DNA of 64,000 nucleotides from Patescibacteria group bacterium (lineage in GTDB: Bacteria; Patescibacteriota; Minisyncoccia; Phycocordibacterales; SBAW01): assembly GCA_016176685.1 (NCBI GenBank), contig JACOWS010000004.1:2018-66017 (forward strand), written 5' to 3'. Both the position numbers and the translations under genes were made by a program. The notes below the pieces were generated by a model, which saw only the letters and a list, made by a program, of their open reading frames with translations, was not told the origin of the DNA and searched no databases. Within the stretch, counting starts at the first letter, position 1. Each line of letters opens with the position of its first letter. Shown one piece after another: positions 8,832-18,272 of the stretch.

Positions 8832-9209
8832 CTATCGTTTGCGGTACGCGAGGAGAAGCTCCGTGGCGGCACGAGCGCGCAGCTTCACCATATTGAGTAT
8901 GGACACGGCGAAGGAAATGCTGATGCCGAAGAGGATGAGGGCGAGTCCGGAGAAGAATACAGGCTCAAGCCACGCCCGCGTGCTCTCGAGGGTCGAGAGT
9001 TGGGCAAGTACTGCGGAACCCGTCTCAGCCGCGTCGCGGATCGCCTTTGTATTCGAGAAGTACTGTGCGTCGACGCCGACGAGCCCGAAGGCGTAGACGG
9101 CATAGATGGTGACGACCGCGATCCCAAGCACGAGGAGAGTCTCCGCGAGGTACGCTGAGCGTGGCGAATGGCCGGCTTTTTCGCTAAGGTCTTGAAGTGA
9201 TGTAGTCAT
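8832..9209 (-). CDS. Membrane protein, single-module paralog of the upstream repeat protein
   Basis: AAETGSAVLAQLSTLESTRAWLEPVFFSGLALILFGISISFA matches the repeat module of 8072..8785. Start taken at MTTSLQ (ATG at 9209). The track extends to 9314. Confidence 0.5.
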   Translation of the reverse strand: MTTSLQDLSEKAGHSPRSAYLAETLLVLGIAVVTIYAVYAFGLVGVDAQYFSNTKAIRDAAETGSAVLAQLSTLESTRAWLEPVFFSGLALILFGISISFAVSILNMVKLRARAATELLLAYRKR

Positions 9210-9374
9210 GGATGATGTTTTGGAAGGAGAAAATAAATTGCTAATGCGCGAACGTAAGTATCGACCGCAATAAGTACAGCATGAGTGCCCCGCCGCCGCA
9301 GTGACGCAGGTCACACGAGTAAAAAAGCGGCCCGGCTTCTCTTGAAGCCGGGCCGCTGGCCGCTTTGGCGCATG

Positions 9375-9764
9375 CTAGGACACCGCGCGGCGGGGGCGGG
9401 GAAGGAAAGCGATTCCCATAATGAGAATCCATATCCCGATCGCCGCGTCGATGACCATGTTCGTATCCTCGACTGGATGGAGCTTGACCGCGACGGCGCC
9501 GAGGTAGAGCGCACCGTAGAACAGTGCGTCGAACTCTCCGGGCGGAGATTTCCTCCGAAACAGACATAAGCAGAGGATGAGCAACAGGGCCGCTTGGGGA
9601 GCAACGAAAGTCCAGTCGCCGATGGCGACTGCTAAAAGTCTGCCGCCGAACAGCTCCAGCCAGACGTAGGCAACCATGACGAGACCGCCCACGATGAGGA
9701 AGCCGATGTGCGCCCATTCGTTCGGATTAGATTCTGCAGGGGAGGAACTGCTACGAGTTTTCAT
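9375..9764 (-). CDS. Hypothetical membrane protein (129 aa)
   Basis: Three to four predicted TM helices. No recognisable domain. Confidence 0.45.
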   Translation of the reverse strand: MKTRSSSSPAESNPNEWAHIGFLIVGGLVMVAYVWLELFGGRLLAVAIGDWTFVAPQAALLLILCLCLFRRKSPPGEFDALFYGALYLGAVAVKLHPVEDTNMVIDAAIGIWILIMGIAFLPRPRRAVS

Positions 9765-10330
9765 GGAACTTCTCCTTTGAGTCTGCCGCAGTAAAGCATA
9801 CTTATGCGGGTGGTTTCAGTGACGTTCGTCACACACCGAGGTATGTTCCGATGCCCCAGCATCAATGTCCTCGTCTGTGTGGTGGTACTTCTTCTGTGCC
9901 TTGCGGTACTCTAGACATTAAAAAGTGTGTTTTAATGATGGTATATGAAACGGCAGGAGCCCGCCGACAAGAAGAAGCTCCTGCGAGTAATGGACCATTT
10001 GACGCGCCCGCCCCGGTTAAAGAATGCGGTGCACAAACGCGGCGTTAAACCCGTGCGCAAGAAGAAACTGCTCCACAAAAAGGAGGAGCAAAAGAAATAG
10101 CGCCATTATCGCAAAGGAAAGAACCGCTCATTTTGAGGAGTTTCCCCAAGTAGAGGATGCTGAAGTTATGCGCCTTATGGCAAAGTAGTAAGGGCCTGTT
10201 TTGACAAACACTGGACAAAAATTGGTATATAGTGTATTATGAATGTACGAATACTCCGTAGTGCTTAGCAGAGTGCAAGGCACCAGTGAGATAGAGAGGA
10301 TTCTGTAGGCGGCACTCTGCCGCATTTCTC

Positions 10331-11614
10331 GTGGATATACAAACACCAACGCAGACACCTGCATCCGGTTTCCAAGGGCTCGGTATTTCGCCGAGACTTT
10401 TAGACGTTCTTTCCTCCGGCGATTTTAAAACACCCACTCCCATACAGAAGATGGCGATACCGCCTGCGATAGAAGGGAAGGATGTGGTCGGCGTGGCGCA
10501 GACCGGCACGGGCAAAACGCTTGCCTTTGGCATTCCTCTTTTGCAGCGCTTGGCCGGGGCGGGCGGCCGCGGGCTTATACTCCTGCCCACGCGCGAGCTT
10601 GCCAACCAGGTTGAAGAGGCCCTGCATAAGATAGGAAAGACCTCCCACCTGCGCACCGCGCTTATCATCGGCGGTGCGTCCATGTACGAGCAGGTCCGCA
10701 AATTAAAAGCAAACCCGCAGGTAATTATCGCTACGCCTGGGCGACTCAACGACCACTTGGCGCAAAAAAATGTCTCGCTTGCCGGGGTCAATGTGCTTAT
10801 TCTCGACGAAGCCGACCGCATGCTCGACATGGGCTTTTTGCCGCAGATCCAGCGTATACTCGCGGCGGTGCCGAAAGAGAGGCAGACGATGCTCTTTTCC
10901 GCCACGCTTTCTCCGGAAATTATGAATATTGCCACCGCACACATGCGCTCCCCCATACGCATCGAAGTGGCGCCCTCCGGCACCACGGCCGAAAAGGTAA
11001 GCCAAGAATTTTTTATCGTCCGCAGGGATGAAAAAATGCGGCTGTTGGAAAAGGTGCTTGCCGACCGCCCCGGCTCCACTATTGTTTTTATGCGCACCAA
11101 GCACAGTGCCAGCCGGGTGCGGCGCACTGTCGAGGCTATGGGGTACAGCGCGGCGGAGCTCCACTCCAACCGCACGCAAGGCCAGCGCCGCGCGGCCCTG
11201 GATGGATTTAAGGCGGGCAAATATCGCGTGCTGGTTGCCACCGACATCGCCGCACGCGGCATCGATGTAAAAGGGGTCGAACTGGTTATAAACTACGACC
11301 TGCCCTCTGACGCGCAAGACTACGTGCACCGCATCGGCCGCACCGCGCGCGCGGGCGCATCGGGGCACGCCATTTCCTTTGCTATACCGGAGGAAAAGCG
11401 CGACATACGCGACATTGAGCGGCTTATTAAAAAAACAGTCCCCGTGTCGCGTACCCCCGAATTGCCGCCCGGCCGCGCCGTGGTACACGCGCCATCGCCA
11501 TCGCCATCACCGGCGGCGCGGCGATTTTCTCATACTCCACGGCAGGGAAGCCGGCCGCCATTCCGCGGCCAGCCACAAAAATCTTTCCGCGGCCGCCGCT
11601 TTAACGGCAGATAA
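10331..11614 (+). CDS. DEAD-box ATP-dependent RNA helicase (RhlE/CshA-like) with Arg/Pro-rich C-terminal tail
   Basis: Q-motif (F...TPTPIQ), Walker A AQTGTGKT, DEAD box VLILDEADRM, SAT, and HRIGRTAR. GTG start at 10331. Confidence 0.9.
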   Translation: MDIQTPTQTPASGFQGLGISPRLLDVLSSGDFKTPTPIQKMAIPPAIEGKDVVGVAQTGTGKTLAFGIPLLQRLAGAGGRGLILLPTRELANQVEEALHKIGKTSHLRTALIIGGASMYEQVRKLKANPQVIIATPGRLNDHLAQKNVSLAGVNVLILDEADRMLDMGFLPQIQRILAAVPKERQTMLFSATLSPEIMNIATAHMRSPIRIEVAPSGTTAEKVSQEFFIVRRDEKMRLLEKVLADRPGSTIVFMRTKHSASRVRRTVEAMGYSAAELHSNRTQGQRRAALDGFKAGKYRVLVATDIAARGIDVKGVELVINYDLPSDAQDYVHRIGRTARAGASGHAISFAIPEEKRDIRDIERLIKKTVPVSRTPELPPGRAVVHAPSPSPSPAARRFSHTPRQGSRPPFRGQPQKSFRGRRFNGR

Positions 11615-12088
11615 GTTGAACACTCCCAAAAGGGCAAAGGTGTATACGAGGTCGCCTATCAGCATATTCCGCAAAAACGGCAACCCAAGCGTGTAGCTGT
11701 AAAACAGCCCCGAAAGACTTTTTTCATACCAGGGGGAAAAGAGCCATACGGAAGCATTGGTGATGAGGAAAAATAGTATAGATGCCGCCACGGCGAGCCC
11801 CGCAACCGAAAGAGCGCTGGAGTGCTTGCGCACGAAGCGGCTCATGATGCCGATAAGCAAAAAAGAGCCGTAGACGCTTGCAAGGACTTTCCAATCATAA
11901 AATCCTAAAACCGCATCTGACGCTATCATAGCGACCATGGGCACGGCAAAAGCCCACCATTTCCCTAGGTGTTTTTGCGCTGCGATAGTTATCGCAGTTA
12001 TGGGAGTCGTGTTGGGAGCGTGAGGCAAGAGGCGCCCGGCGATGCCCACGCCCACGAGCCCCGCTACAACAAGAAACTTTTTACCCAT
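11507..12088 (-). CDS. Membrane protein, probable ECF-type transporter substrate-specific (S) component (candidate cobalamin S component)
   Basis: Six hydrophobic segments over about 194 aa. Last gene of the RNR-II / pduO / DUF4430 operon. Start taken at MGKKFLVV. Confidence 0.45.
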   Translation of the reverse strand: MGKKFLVVAGLVGVGIAGRLLPHAPNTTPITAITIAAQKHLGKWWAFAVPMVAMIASDAVLGFYDWKVLASVYGSFLLIGIMSRFVRKHSSALSVAGLAVAASILFFLITNASVWLFSPWYEKSLSGLFYSYTLGLPFLRNMLIGDLVYTFALLGVFNLSAVKAAAAERFLWLAAEWRPASLPWSMRKSPRRR

Positions 12089-12089
12089 A

Positions 12090-12521
12090 CTATTCTTGAG
12101 AGGTGCCGAAAAACCATTCGACCACCTCGCCGTTTTTAACCGCATAAGCGCCGGCTCCGACCTGCGGCATCACCCCGTTTACTTGGTACTGCCAGTACTT
12201 GCCGCCCATGCCGTTGCGCAGATCACCCATACCGTCTATCAGTGTGCCGAGCCCTGCGTACTCTTTGACCACAAGTCGCATGGCCGGGTCTTGTGTATTG
12301 AGCCCTTGCAACACCTGCAGCAGTGTCTCTCCGGAAGCAAAGGAAACTTGTTTGTCTGTGTACAGCCCCTCTATGGAAAGCGTCACCGTATCGGTTAGGG
12401 ACGCATCAAGCTCTGCCGCTTGCCGCGGAGCCTGTGCCACCTCTGCGTAGAAAAATACCATGGCGACCACAACCGCCAGCACCACGGCTCCTATAATTTT
12501 CCACCTCTGTCTTGTCTGCAT
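12090..12521 (-). CDS. DUF4430 domain protein (transcobalamin-like, cobalamin-associated)
   Basis: N-terminal TM anchor plus a soluble domain resembling DUF4430. Sits between pduO-type adenosyltransferase and the S component. Confidence 0.5.
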   Translation of the reverse strand: MQTRQRWKIIGAVVLAVVVAMVFFYAEVAQAPRQAAELDASLTDTVTLSIEGLYTDKQVSFASGETLLQVLQGLNTQDPAMRLVVKEYAGLGTLIDGMGDLRNGMGGKYWQYQVNGVMPQVGAGAYAVKNGEVVEWFFGTSQE

Positions 12522-12542
12522 ATAGTATTACTTCCTTACAGA

Positions 12543-13055
12543 CTACTCGTATCTTGGCGCTTGTTCAACTATACCCGCTTTTGCAGACTCGTGCCGCGCC
12601 AGCGCAAACAAAAGGCTCGAAAGTCGATTGAGGTATGCATAGGTGGATGGGGAGCAGGTGCGGATATGCCGCGCTTTTATAACCTCTCGCTCGGCTCGGC
12701 GCGACACCGCCCGCGCATAGTCAAACAAAGCGGACATCTTTGTGCTCCCGGAGACCACGAACGACCCTTGGTGGGGAACCAGAGCCTCCAGCGTGTCCGT
12801 CATATGCTCGAGTTGTGTGACCTGCTCTTCCGTGATCTTTTTTTTTGCTCCGGCAAGCTCCGCCTGGATGATAAAGAGGTGCTGTTGTACGGTGTTCACC
12901 TCCTCTTTTTTTGATAAGGCAAAACAGACGCCAAGGAGTGCGTTGAGCTCGTCCAGCGTCCCCAGCGCGTCATACACCGGGCTCTCTTTGGGAAACCGCT
13001 CTTTGGTGCCAAAGAGCCCCGAGGTGCCGCGGTCTCCTTTGCGGGTATAGAGCAT
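12543..13055 (-). CDS. pduO: ATP:cob(I)alamin adenosyltransferase, PduO-type
   Basis: MLYTRKGDRGTSGLFG N-terminus and overall PduO-type ATR pattern, 170 aa. Confidence 0.8.
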   Translation of the reverse strand: MLYTRKGDRGTSGLFGTKERFPKESPVYDALGTLDELNALLGVCFALSKKEEVNTVQQHLFIIQAELAGAKKKITEEQVTQLEHMTDTLEALVPHQGSFVVSGSTKMSALFDYARAVSRRAEREVIKARHIRTCSPSTYAYLNRLSSLLFALARHESAKAGIVEQAPRYE

Positions 13056-13059
13056 AGTT

Positions 13060-15399
13060 CTAGTATCTGGCGGGGGCCGACTCGGCCGGTATCTCCACCA
13101 TGTCTATATCGCACACGCCACCCACGCACGCGAGCTCCTTTTTTTGCTCGGTCTCGTCGGTGCGCTCATAGGTGACGAGCTTGGAGTAGTCTATGTTCGG
13201 GAAGTTTGCAACCATTTCCTCGTACCGTTTTTTGTCTATCGACTCGTAGGGAGCCAGTTGGTACACATGGTCGAAGCGCGGCAAGAATGAGAGCCCGCCG
13301 ACAATGTCCCAGTTTTTCTGTATCCAGTCTACTACCCCTATCCACTCGTCCTCGCCGACAGAAATGGTGGCGGATGGGTTGTGCTCTGTGTAGTTGAGTT
13401 TTACCACCTTCCAATACTCCAGTTGCTCCATGGCCGACAAGTCTTCTTTGAAGGCCGAGCCGTTCGGCGCCTCCACGGGAAATTCCAAGACATACGTGTT
13501 TGCGCTTTCTTTCGACTGGCCGACCTCGGGGTAGTGCGGCACGCCCTGGTCTTTCATCATTTTAAAGAGCGAGTCGGTTGCCGAGATGCGCACCCGGCGT
13601 ATGTAGTACTTTGAGTGGCGCGGATGGATGCCGGATGAGCAGTTGAAGGTTTGCGACACTGTTCCGGAGGGCTTCACTGCCGTGACCGCCATAGACTGGC
13701 TGACGCCAAAACGCTTTGCGTAGGTGGCGTTGGCTTTTACCGCCGCATCGCGCATCGCGCGCAAGGCCTCCGGTGTCCGTGCTACGTCGCTGTCCCACTG
13801 CCCGGTCACCGACACGCCCAGCAGGCGCTCCGCCTCGCAGTGCTTTGTCCACTCTTTTGATATGTATTTGAACTTTGTCAGCGTTGACTGGTAGGTGCCA
13901 AGGAGCGCGGCAAGCCGCGCTTTGCGCACGAGCGACTCTTGCGTATCTCCCGCACGGGCTATCACTTCGGAAAGATTGCAAAATTGTTTTGATTGCAGGA
14001 TGATTTCGCCGCAGGGGTTTGTTCCTATAGAGCCTCTCACGACGCCCTCGGCATCTAACATGCCTATTTTTTTAAAGTAGGAGACCCGCCGCTTTGGAAC
14101 CGTGTGCGCCAATGCCCCCCGGTTGAAGATACCGCGCTCGCCCGAGCCGCTCTTCATCAGTGCTACCCACTCCTCCATTAGCTCGGTATTGGTTGGTTTT
14201 GTCTCATACACCGCCGAGTTGTTTGCAACGGAACGGTGAGGCTCGGTAAGGAAAAATTGCCCTTTTTTTGCATCGCGCGACTCGGTATCGTCAAGGTCCG
14301 AAAGCGAGATCATCGCGGTGCGCCGCACGCCCCCAGCCACCACACATTCGCCGATTTTGCAGATGATGTCGTGTGCATCAATGCTCCGCAGGCGCCGCCC
14401 TTGGCGGCGCAGTATCTTTTCGCGCGCAAAGTCAAGAAGCGAGCGCAAGGGCTCCGGGCCCGATGCTTTGCCGCCCATGGTCTTGAGCCTCGCACCCGCC
14501 GGACGGACGAGCGAGTAGTCAAACTCGACATCGCCGCCCGCGTACCACGTTTTAAGCCCCAGCGTGAGCGCGTCGCACCAACCCTCTTTAGAATCCGCAA
14601 CAGCATACGTCGGCAGCTTCTTTTTTGCTTTTTTCTGTTTTTGTATTTGCGGAAGTTTTTCTATATTTTGACTTTCAACCGAGAATCCGACTCCGCACCC
14701 CTGCATCGAGAGGTACATTATCTCTGCGAAGTCTGCCAATTTTGTGGGGGCGGTAAACGTACAGTTATATGCACAGGTATTGCATCGGCGTGCCGGCTCG
14801 CCGGCAAACTGCATCAGACGCATGGAGGGCATCACTTCTTGCCGTAAAATTGCTTCGCGCAGTTCGGCATACTCGTGCTCCGTAAGTTTGTCGCCGATGT
14901 TCTCCCTCATAAACGACATATATCGGTCGACCGTTTCTACCCAGGTTTCGCGCCGCCCCTCTGTTTCAATCCATCGGGCATAGGTGCGCAGAAACACAAA
15001 TTCGCCAAGCGGATTGTTTTTAAAGTATTGCTTGCTCTCGGCGGCCAGTGCGCGCACGTTTGCCGGCACGTCGCCCTGCTTTTTGCGCATACGCATGCGC
15101 TCGGCACGGTACAAAATATACGCTTTTGCGGTAGCGGGGAACTCTTGCAGCATCAGCTCCTTTTCAACCTCGTCTTGCACGCCCTCAACCGTGGCAGTGT
15201 ATATTTTATCGGCCGCCTTTTTTGCCGCTATTGTTTTTATAACCGCATCTGCAACTTTGTCGGGCGCCTTGTCGACAAACTCCCCGGCGGCCTTCATGGC
15301 CTTTTCCACCGCGGCGGCAATTTTGTGCTCGTCAAACTGCACCACCGTCCCGTCTCGTTTGGTAATAGTGGTAAGCGCGGGGAACTTCTTTTTAGGCAT
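13060..15399 (-). CDS. nrdJ: Adenosylcobalamin-dependent (class II) ribonucleotide reductase with N-terminal ATP-cone
   Basis: 779 aa. ATP-cone (KRDGTVVQFDEHKIAAAVEKA), NPCGEI catalytic Cys region, C-terminal CxxC motif (CVGGVC). 4-nt gap to pduO. Confidence 0.85.
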   Translation of the reverse strand: MPKKKFPALTTITKRDGTVVQFDEHKIAAAVEKAMKAAGEFVDKAPDKVADAVIKTIAAKKAADKIYTATVEGVQDEVEKELMLQEFPATAKAYILYRAERMRMRKKQGDVPANVRALAAESKQYFKNNPLGEFVFLRTYARWIETEGRRETWVETVDRYMSFMRENIGDKLTEHEYAELREAILRQEVMPSMRLMQFAGEPARRCNTCAYNCTFTAPTKLADFAEIMYLSMQGCGVGFSVESQNIEKLPQIQKQKKAKKKLPTYAVADSKEGWCDALTLGLKTWYAGGDVEFDYSLVRPAGARLKTMGGKASGPEPLRSLLDFAREKILRRQGRRLRSIDAHDIICKIGECVVAGGVRRTAMISLSDLDDTESRDAKKGQFFLTEPHRSVANNSAVYETKPTNTELMEEWVALMKSGSGERGIFNRGALAHTVPKRRVSYFKKIGMLDAEGVVRGSIGTNPCGEIILQSKQFCNLSEVIARAGDTQESLVRKARLAALLGTYQSTLTKFKYISKEWTKHCEAERLLGVSVTGQWDSDVARTPEALRAMRDAAVKANATYAKRFGVSQSMAVTAVKPSGTVSQTFNCSSGIHPRHSKYYIRRVRISATDSLFKMMKDQGVPHYPEVGQSKESANTYVLEFPVEAPNGSAFKEDLSAMEQLEYWKVVKLNYTEHNPSATISVGEDEWIGVVDWIQKNWDIVGGLSFLPRFDHVYQLAPYESIDKKRYEEMVANFPNIDYSKLVTYERTDETEQKKELACVGGVCDIDMVEIPAESAPARY

Positions 15400-15538
15400 G
15401 GGTAAGAGATATTATATTGGTAAGCATCTATCTATAGTACCTAGTTATACTTGTCTATGAATAAGAAAAAGTTGTGGATAAGGAACGCCAAAACAAAACC
15501 AGCTCAAGGTAAAGAGTAAAAACCTATAAACACCCCAT

Positions 15539-16045
15539 TTGGCCAGCAAAAAATATAGCCCTATACTATACGGTATGCACACGTTAATCGGACTCCATGC
15601 GGTGTTGGGCGAAGTCGGCGCACTGGCATTTCTATGGGTTTTTGTAGAGCTGTTAAACCCCAACGAGTCGCGGTTGCGAAGGGCCCAGATTATGGCCCTG
15701 CTCGGCGCCCTTTTTTTTGTCGGCGCCTGGTTTTTTGGCGGTTTTTATTACGTCACTGAATATGGCGCCGCAGTTAAACCAATTATCAAAAGCGGCCCGA
15801 TACCGTGGGCGCACTCGATAATTACAGAGACAAAAGAGCACGTCTTTCTCTTTCTCCCGTTTCTTGCCGTACTCACCTGGGGCCTGCTAAAGAGGTATAA
15901 GGATGAGTTTATACAAAAGAGAAATTTTAGGATAGCCGTTCTACTTATCTCCGGACTCGTCGTGCTTTTGGCATTTGCCATGGCGGGTATGGGGTTCCTT
16001 ATATCAAGCGGCTTTAGAGCGGCCTTAGAATCAAAAATCATATGA
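15539..16045 (+). CDS. Hypothetical membrane protein (168 aa)
   Basis: About five TM helices. No recognisable domain. Confidence 0.45.
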   Translation: MASKKYSPILYGMHTLIGLHAVLGEVGALAFLWVFVELLNPNESRLRRAQIMALLGALFFVGAWFFGGFYYVTEYGAAVKPIIKSGPIPWAHSIITETKEHVFLFLPFLAVLTWGLLKRYKDEFIQKRNFRIAVLLISGLVVLLAFAMAGMGFLISSGFRAALESKII

Positions 16046-16344
16046 AACTGAACAGCAAAGCACTCATTACCTCAACCATCGGTGTCATATGGCTCATAGT
16101 TGGCATGACACTTCTGGGCGAAGTGTCAGGACCGTTCAAATCGTTTTTGGTACAACTCGCCGGCCACCATTGGGTAGGAAAGAGCGGCATAGCCGTGGTT
16201 GTTTTTATCGCGCTGTATCTGGCTTTAGGTAAATCGAAAGAGTCGGAAGACATATTGCGCGGTGCACTGCTTGTCGCCTTGAGCATCATACTGGGCGGGT
16301 TAATCATATTTGTTTTCTTTCTCCAACACTTTTTGAGAGGATAG
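16042..16344 (+). CDS. Hypothetical membrane protein (100 aa)
   Basis: Three TM helices. 4-nt overlap with the upstream gene. Confidence 0.4.
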   Translation: MKLNSKALITSTIGVIWLIVGMTLLGEVSGPFKSFLVQLAGHHWVGKSGIAVVVFIALYLALGKSKESEDILRGALLVALSIILGGLIIFVFFLQHFLRG

Positions 16345-16362
16345 CTCGGAAGAAGATAGGGG

Positions 16363-17142
16363 GTGCGGATTGCTGTTCCGAGTTGCTCTGCTATAATGCC
16401 CAGTACTATGAACGAAACAATACCAAAGGCTACTAGTTTGACGGCGCCGGTTGCAATTGTTATCGCCGGGATATTGATCGCCGGTGCGGTGCTATACAGC
16501 AATAAAAGTCAATTTCTTTCTGCTGGTGCGGAAGAAAATGGGAAGGGCGTCGCGCAGACGGCTGGTTCAATCAGTTCTGTCCGACCGGTGAGTGACAGTG
16601 ACCACATCCGCGGCAACCCGAATGCGTTGGTCAAAATTGTGGAATACTCCGACTTTGAATGCCCTTTTTGTAAGCGATTTCACGATACTATGAACCAAAT
16701 AATGGATGAGTATGGAGAGAGCGGACAGGTTGCGTGGGTGTATCGGCACTTCCCGCTTGACCAACTGCATCCAAAAAATGCTCGTATCGAGGCGATTGCC
16801 TCCGAATGTGTCAACGAACTTGGAGGAAACGACGCGTTTTGGAAATTTGCAGACCGATTTTTTGAACGTACGCCTTCAAACGATCAAACCGATGTTACAA
16901 CGGTCTTACCGCAAATAGTTCGAGAACTTGGCATTAATGAACAAAGATTCAACACTTGTATGGATAGCGGTACGTATGACCAGCATATAGAATCTGATAT
17001 CGTAAACGCTGTCGAAACCGGCGGACAGGGCACGCCGTGGAGTATCGTTATCGCTGAAAACGGCAGGGCATTCCCGTTGTCGGGTGCTCAACCATACGCA
17101 TCGGTAAAGCAACTTATTGAGATAGCTCTTAAGGAGAAATAA
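16363..17142 (+). CDS. DsbA-like thiol:disulfide oxidoreductase (thioredoxin fold, membrane-anchored)
   Basis: CPFC active site in VEYSDFECPFCKRFH, with an N-terminal TM anchor. True start may be an internal Met (MNETIPK, about 16408). Confidence 0.75.
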   Translation: MRIAVPSCSAIMPSTMNETIPKATSLTAPVAIVIAGILIAGAVLYSNKSQFLSAGAEENGKGVAQTAGSISSVRPVSDSDHIRGNPNALVKIVEYSDFECPFCKRFHDTMNQIMDEYGESGQVAWVYRHFPLDQLHPKNARIEAIASECVNELGGNDAFWKFADRFFERTPSNDQTDVTTVLPQIVRELGINEQRFNTCMDSGTYDQHIESDIVNAVETGGQGTPWSIVIAENGRAFPLSGAQPYASVKQLIEIALKEK

Positions 17143-17158
17143 TTCTTTAAAACATTTT

Positions 17159-17689
17159 ATGATGCGAAAAGTAAAAAATTACGGCATAGTTCTGCTAGTT
17201 ATCGGCGGTATCAGCTATGGGGTATATTTATTCGCGCAAAGCGTCGCGCCAAAAGGAGAAGATATGAGTCAATCCATTCCGCTCTTGGAGGCCACTCATA
17301 TTGCAACAGACAGTCCTCTTGGGGAATATAATTCGAATCCGCCGACATCGGGACCGCACTACGGGCAAACGGCGCGGTCTGGTTTTCGCAGCGAGCCCGT
17401 TTCCGACCAAAACATCATCCATAACCTCGAGCATGGCGATGTTTGGATCGCCTACCATCCGCGTATTTCAGAAGCGATGAAGGAAGGCCTCAAACAATTT
17501 GCGGCCGCAAAAGTAATTATCACGCCGCGCGAAGAAAACGAAACTGACATTGCGCTTGTTGCGTGGGGCCGGTTGGACACCTTTACTATAGAGGGCGGTG
17601 TTCTTCCGGAACAGCGCATACAAGACTTCATCACGCGCTACAGTAATAAAGGGCCGGAGCGTGTTCCCGGCGCAAGTGGTGGTATATAG
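17159..17689 (+). CDS. DUF3105 domain protein
   Basis: N-terminal TM anchor. NPPTSGPHYG and LEHGDVWIAYHP are typical of DUF3105. Confidence 0.6.
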   Translation: MMRKVKNYGIVLLVIGGISYGVYLFAQSVAPKGEDMSQSIPLLEATHIATDSPLGEYNSNPPTSGPHYGQTARSGFRSEPVSDQNIIHNLEHGDVWIAYHPRISEAMKEGLKQFAAAKVIITPREENETDIALVAWGRLDTFTIEGGVLPEQRIQDFITRYSNKGPERVPGASGGI

Positions 17690-17704
17690 GCATGGTTTTT
17701 TGGT

Positions 17705-18259
17705 ATGTTCTATACAGTCTTTAGGAAAGTCTTCTCTCGTATTTACTACCTAGCCCTTGCCGCTGTTCTTGCGGGGCTTGTTTTTGCGTTTGCGACCTGG
17801 TTGCCAAACCTAAAACTGATTAACGAAATCGCTTTTAACTCGCCTGCTTCAATTACAGAGAAAATAATCCTACTCTACAGTTTGCTTGGGTCGATACAGA
17901 CAAATTTTTCAACAGTTTCTGCGGGCTACACGATAGCAATTGCCGTTTTGTTTGGCATCAACACCGCACTGCTTGCGTACTACCTACGCACCGGGCGCGC
18001 GGCATTGTCCGGCTCGGGAGCGACTCTAAGCGCGGGGGGCAGTGTCGGAGGGTTGGTCAGCGGTGTGTTTGGAATCGGCTGTGCCGCGTGCGGTACGTTT
18101 TTATTTACCTCAACCCTGGCCTTGTTTGGGGCGGGGGGCCTGCTTGCCCTGTTGCCGTTTGGCGGTGAAGAGTTCGGGTTTCTTGGCGTTGGCTTGTTAG
18201 CGTATTCTACTTATGTAACAGCAAAAAAAATCACAGAACCTTTGGTGTGCGAACCGTAG
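17705..18259 (+). CDS. Gly-rich hypothetical membrane protein (184 aa)
   Basis: Several TM helices. GCAACG motif within a Gly-rich helix. Confidence 0.45.
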   Translation: MFYTVFRKVFSRIYYLALAAVLAGLVFAFATWLPNLKLINEIAFNSPASITEKIILLYSLLGSIQTNFSTVSAGYTIAIAVLFGINTALLAYYLRTGRAALSGSGATLSAGGSVGGLVSGVFGIGCAACGTFLFTSTLALFGAGGLLALLPFGGEEFGFLGVGLLAYSTYVTAKKITEPLVCEP

Positions 18260-18272
18260 TGTGAGTAAACAT

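Noticed and set aside
10237-11262. Minus-strand 341-aa ORF overlapping the DEAD-box helicase
   Set aside because: Shadow ORF. The plus-strand frame carries all the helicase motifs.
15400-15540. Cobalamin riboswitch in the leader of the RNR-II operon
   Set aside because: No B12-box-like conserved core was recognisable. Class II RNR is B12-dependent, and is not expected to be repressed by a B12 riboswitch.
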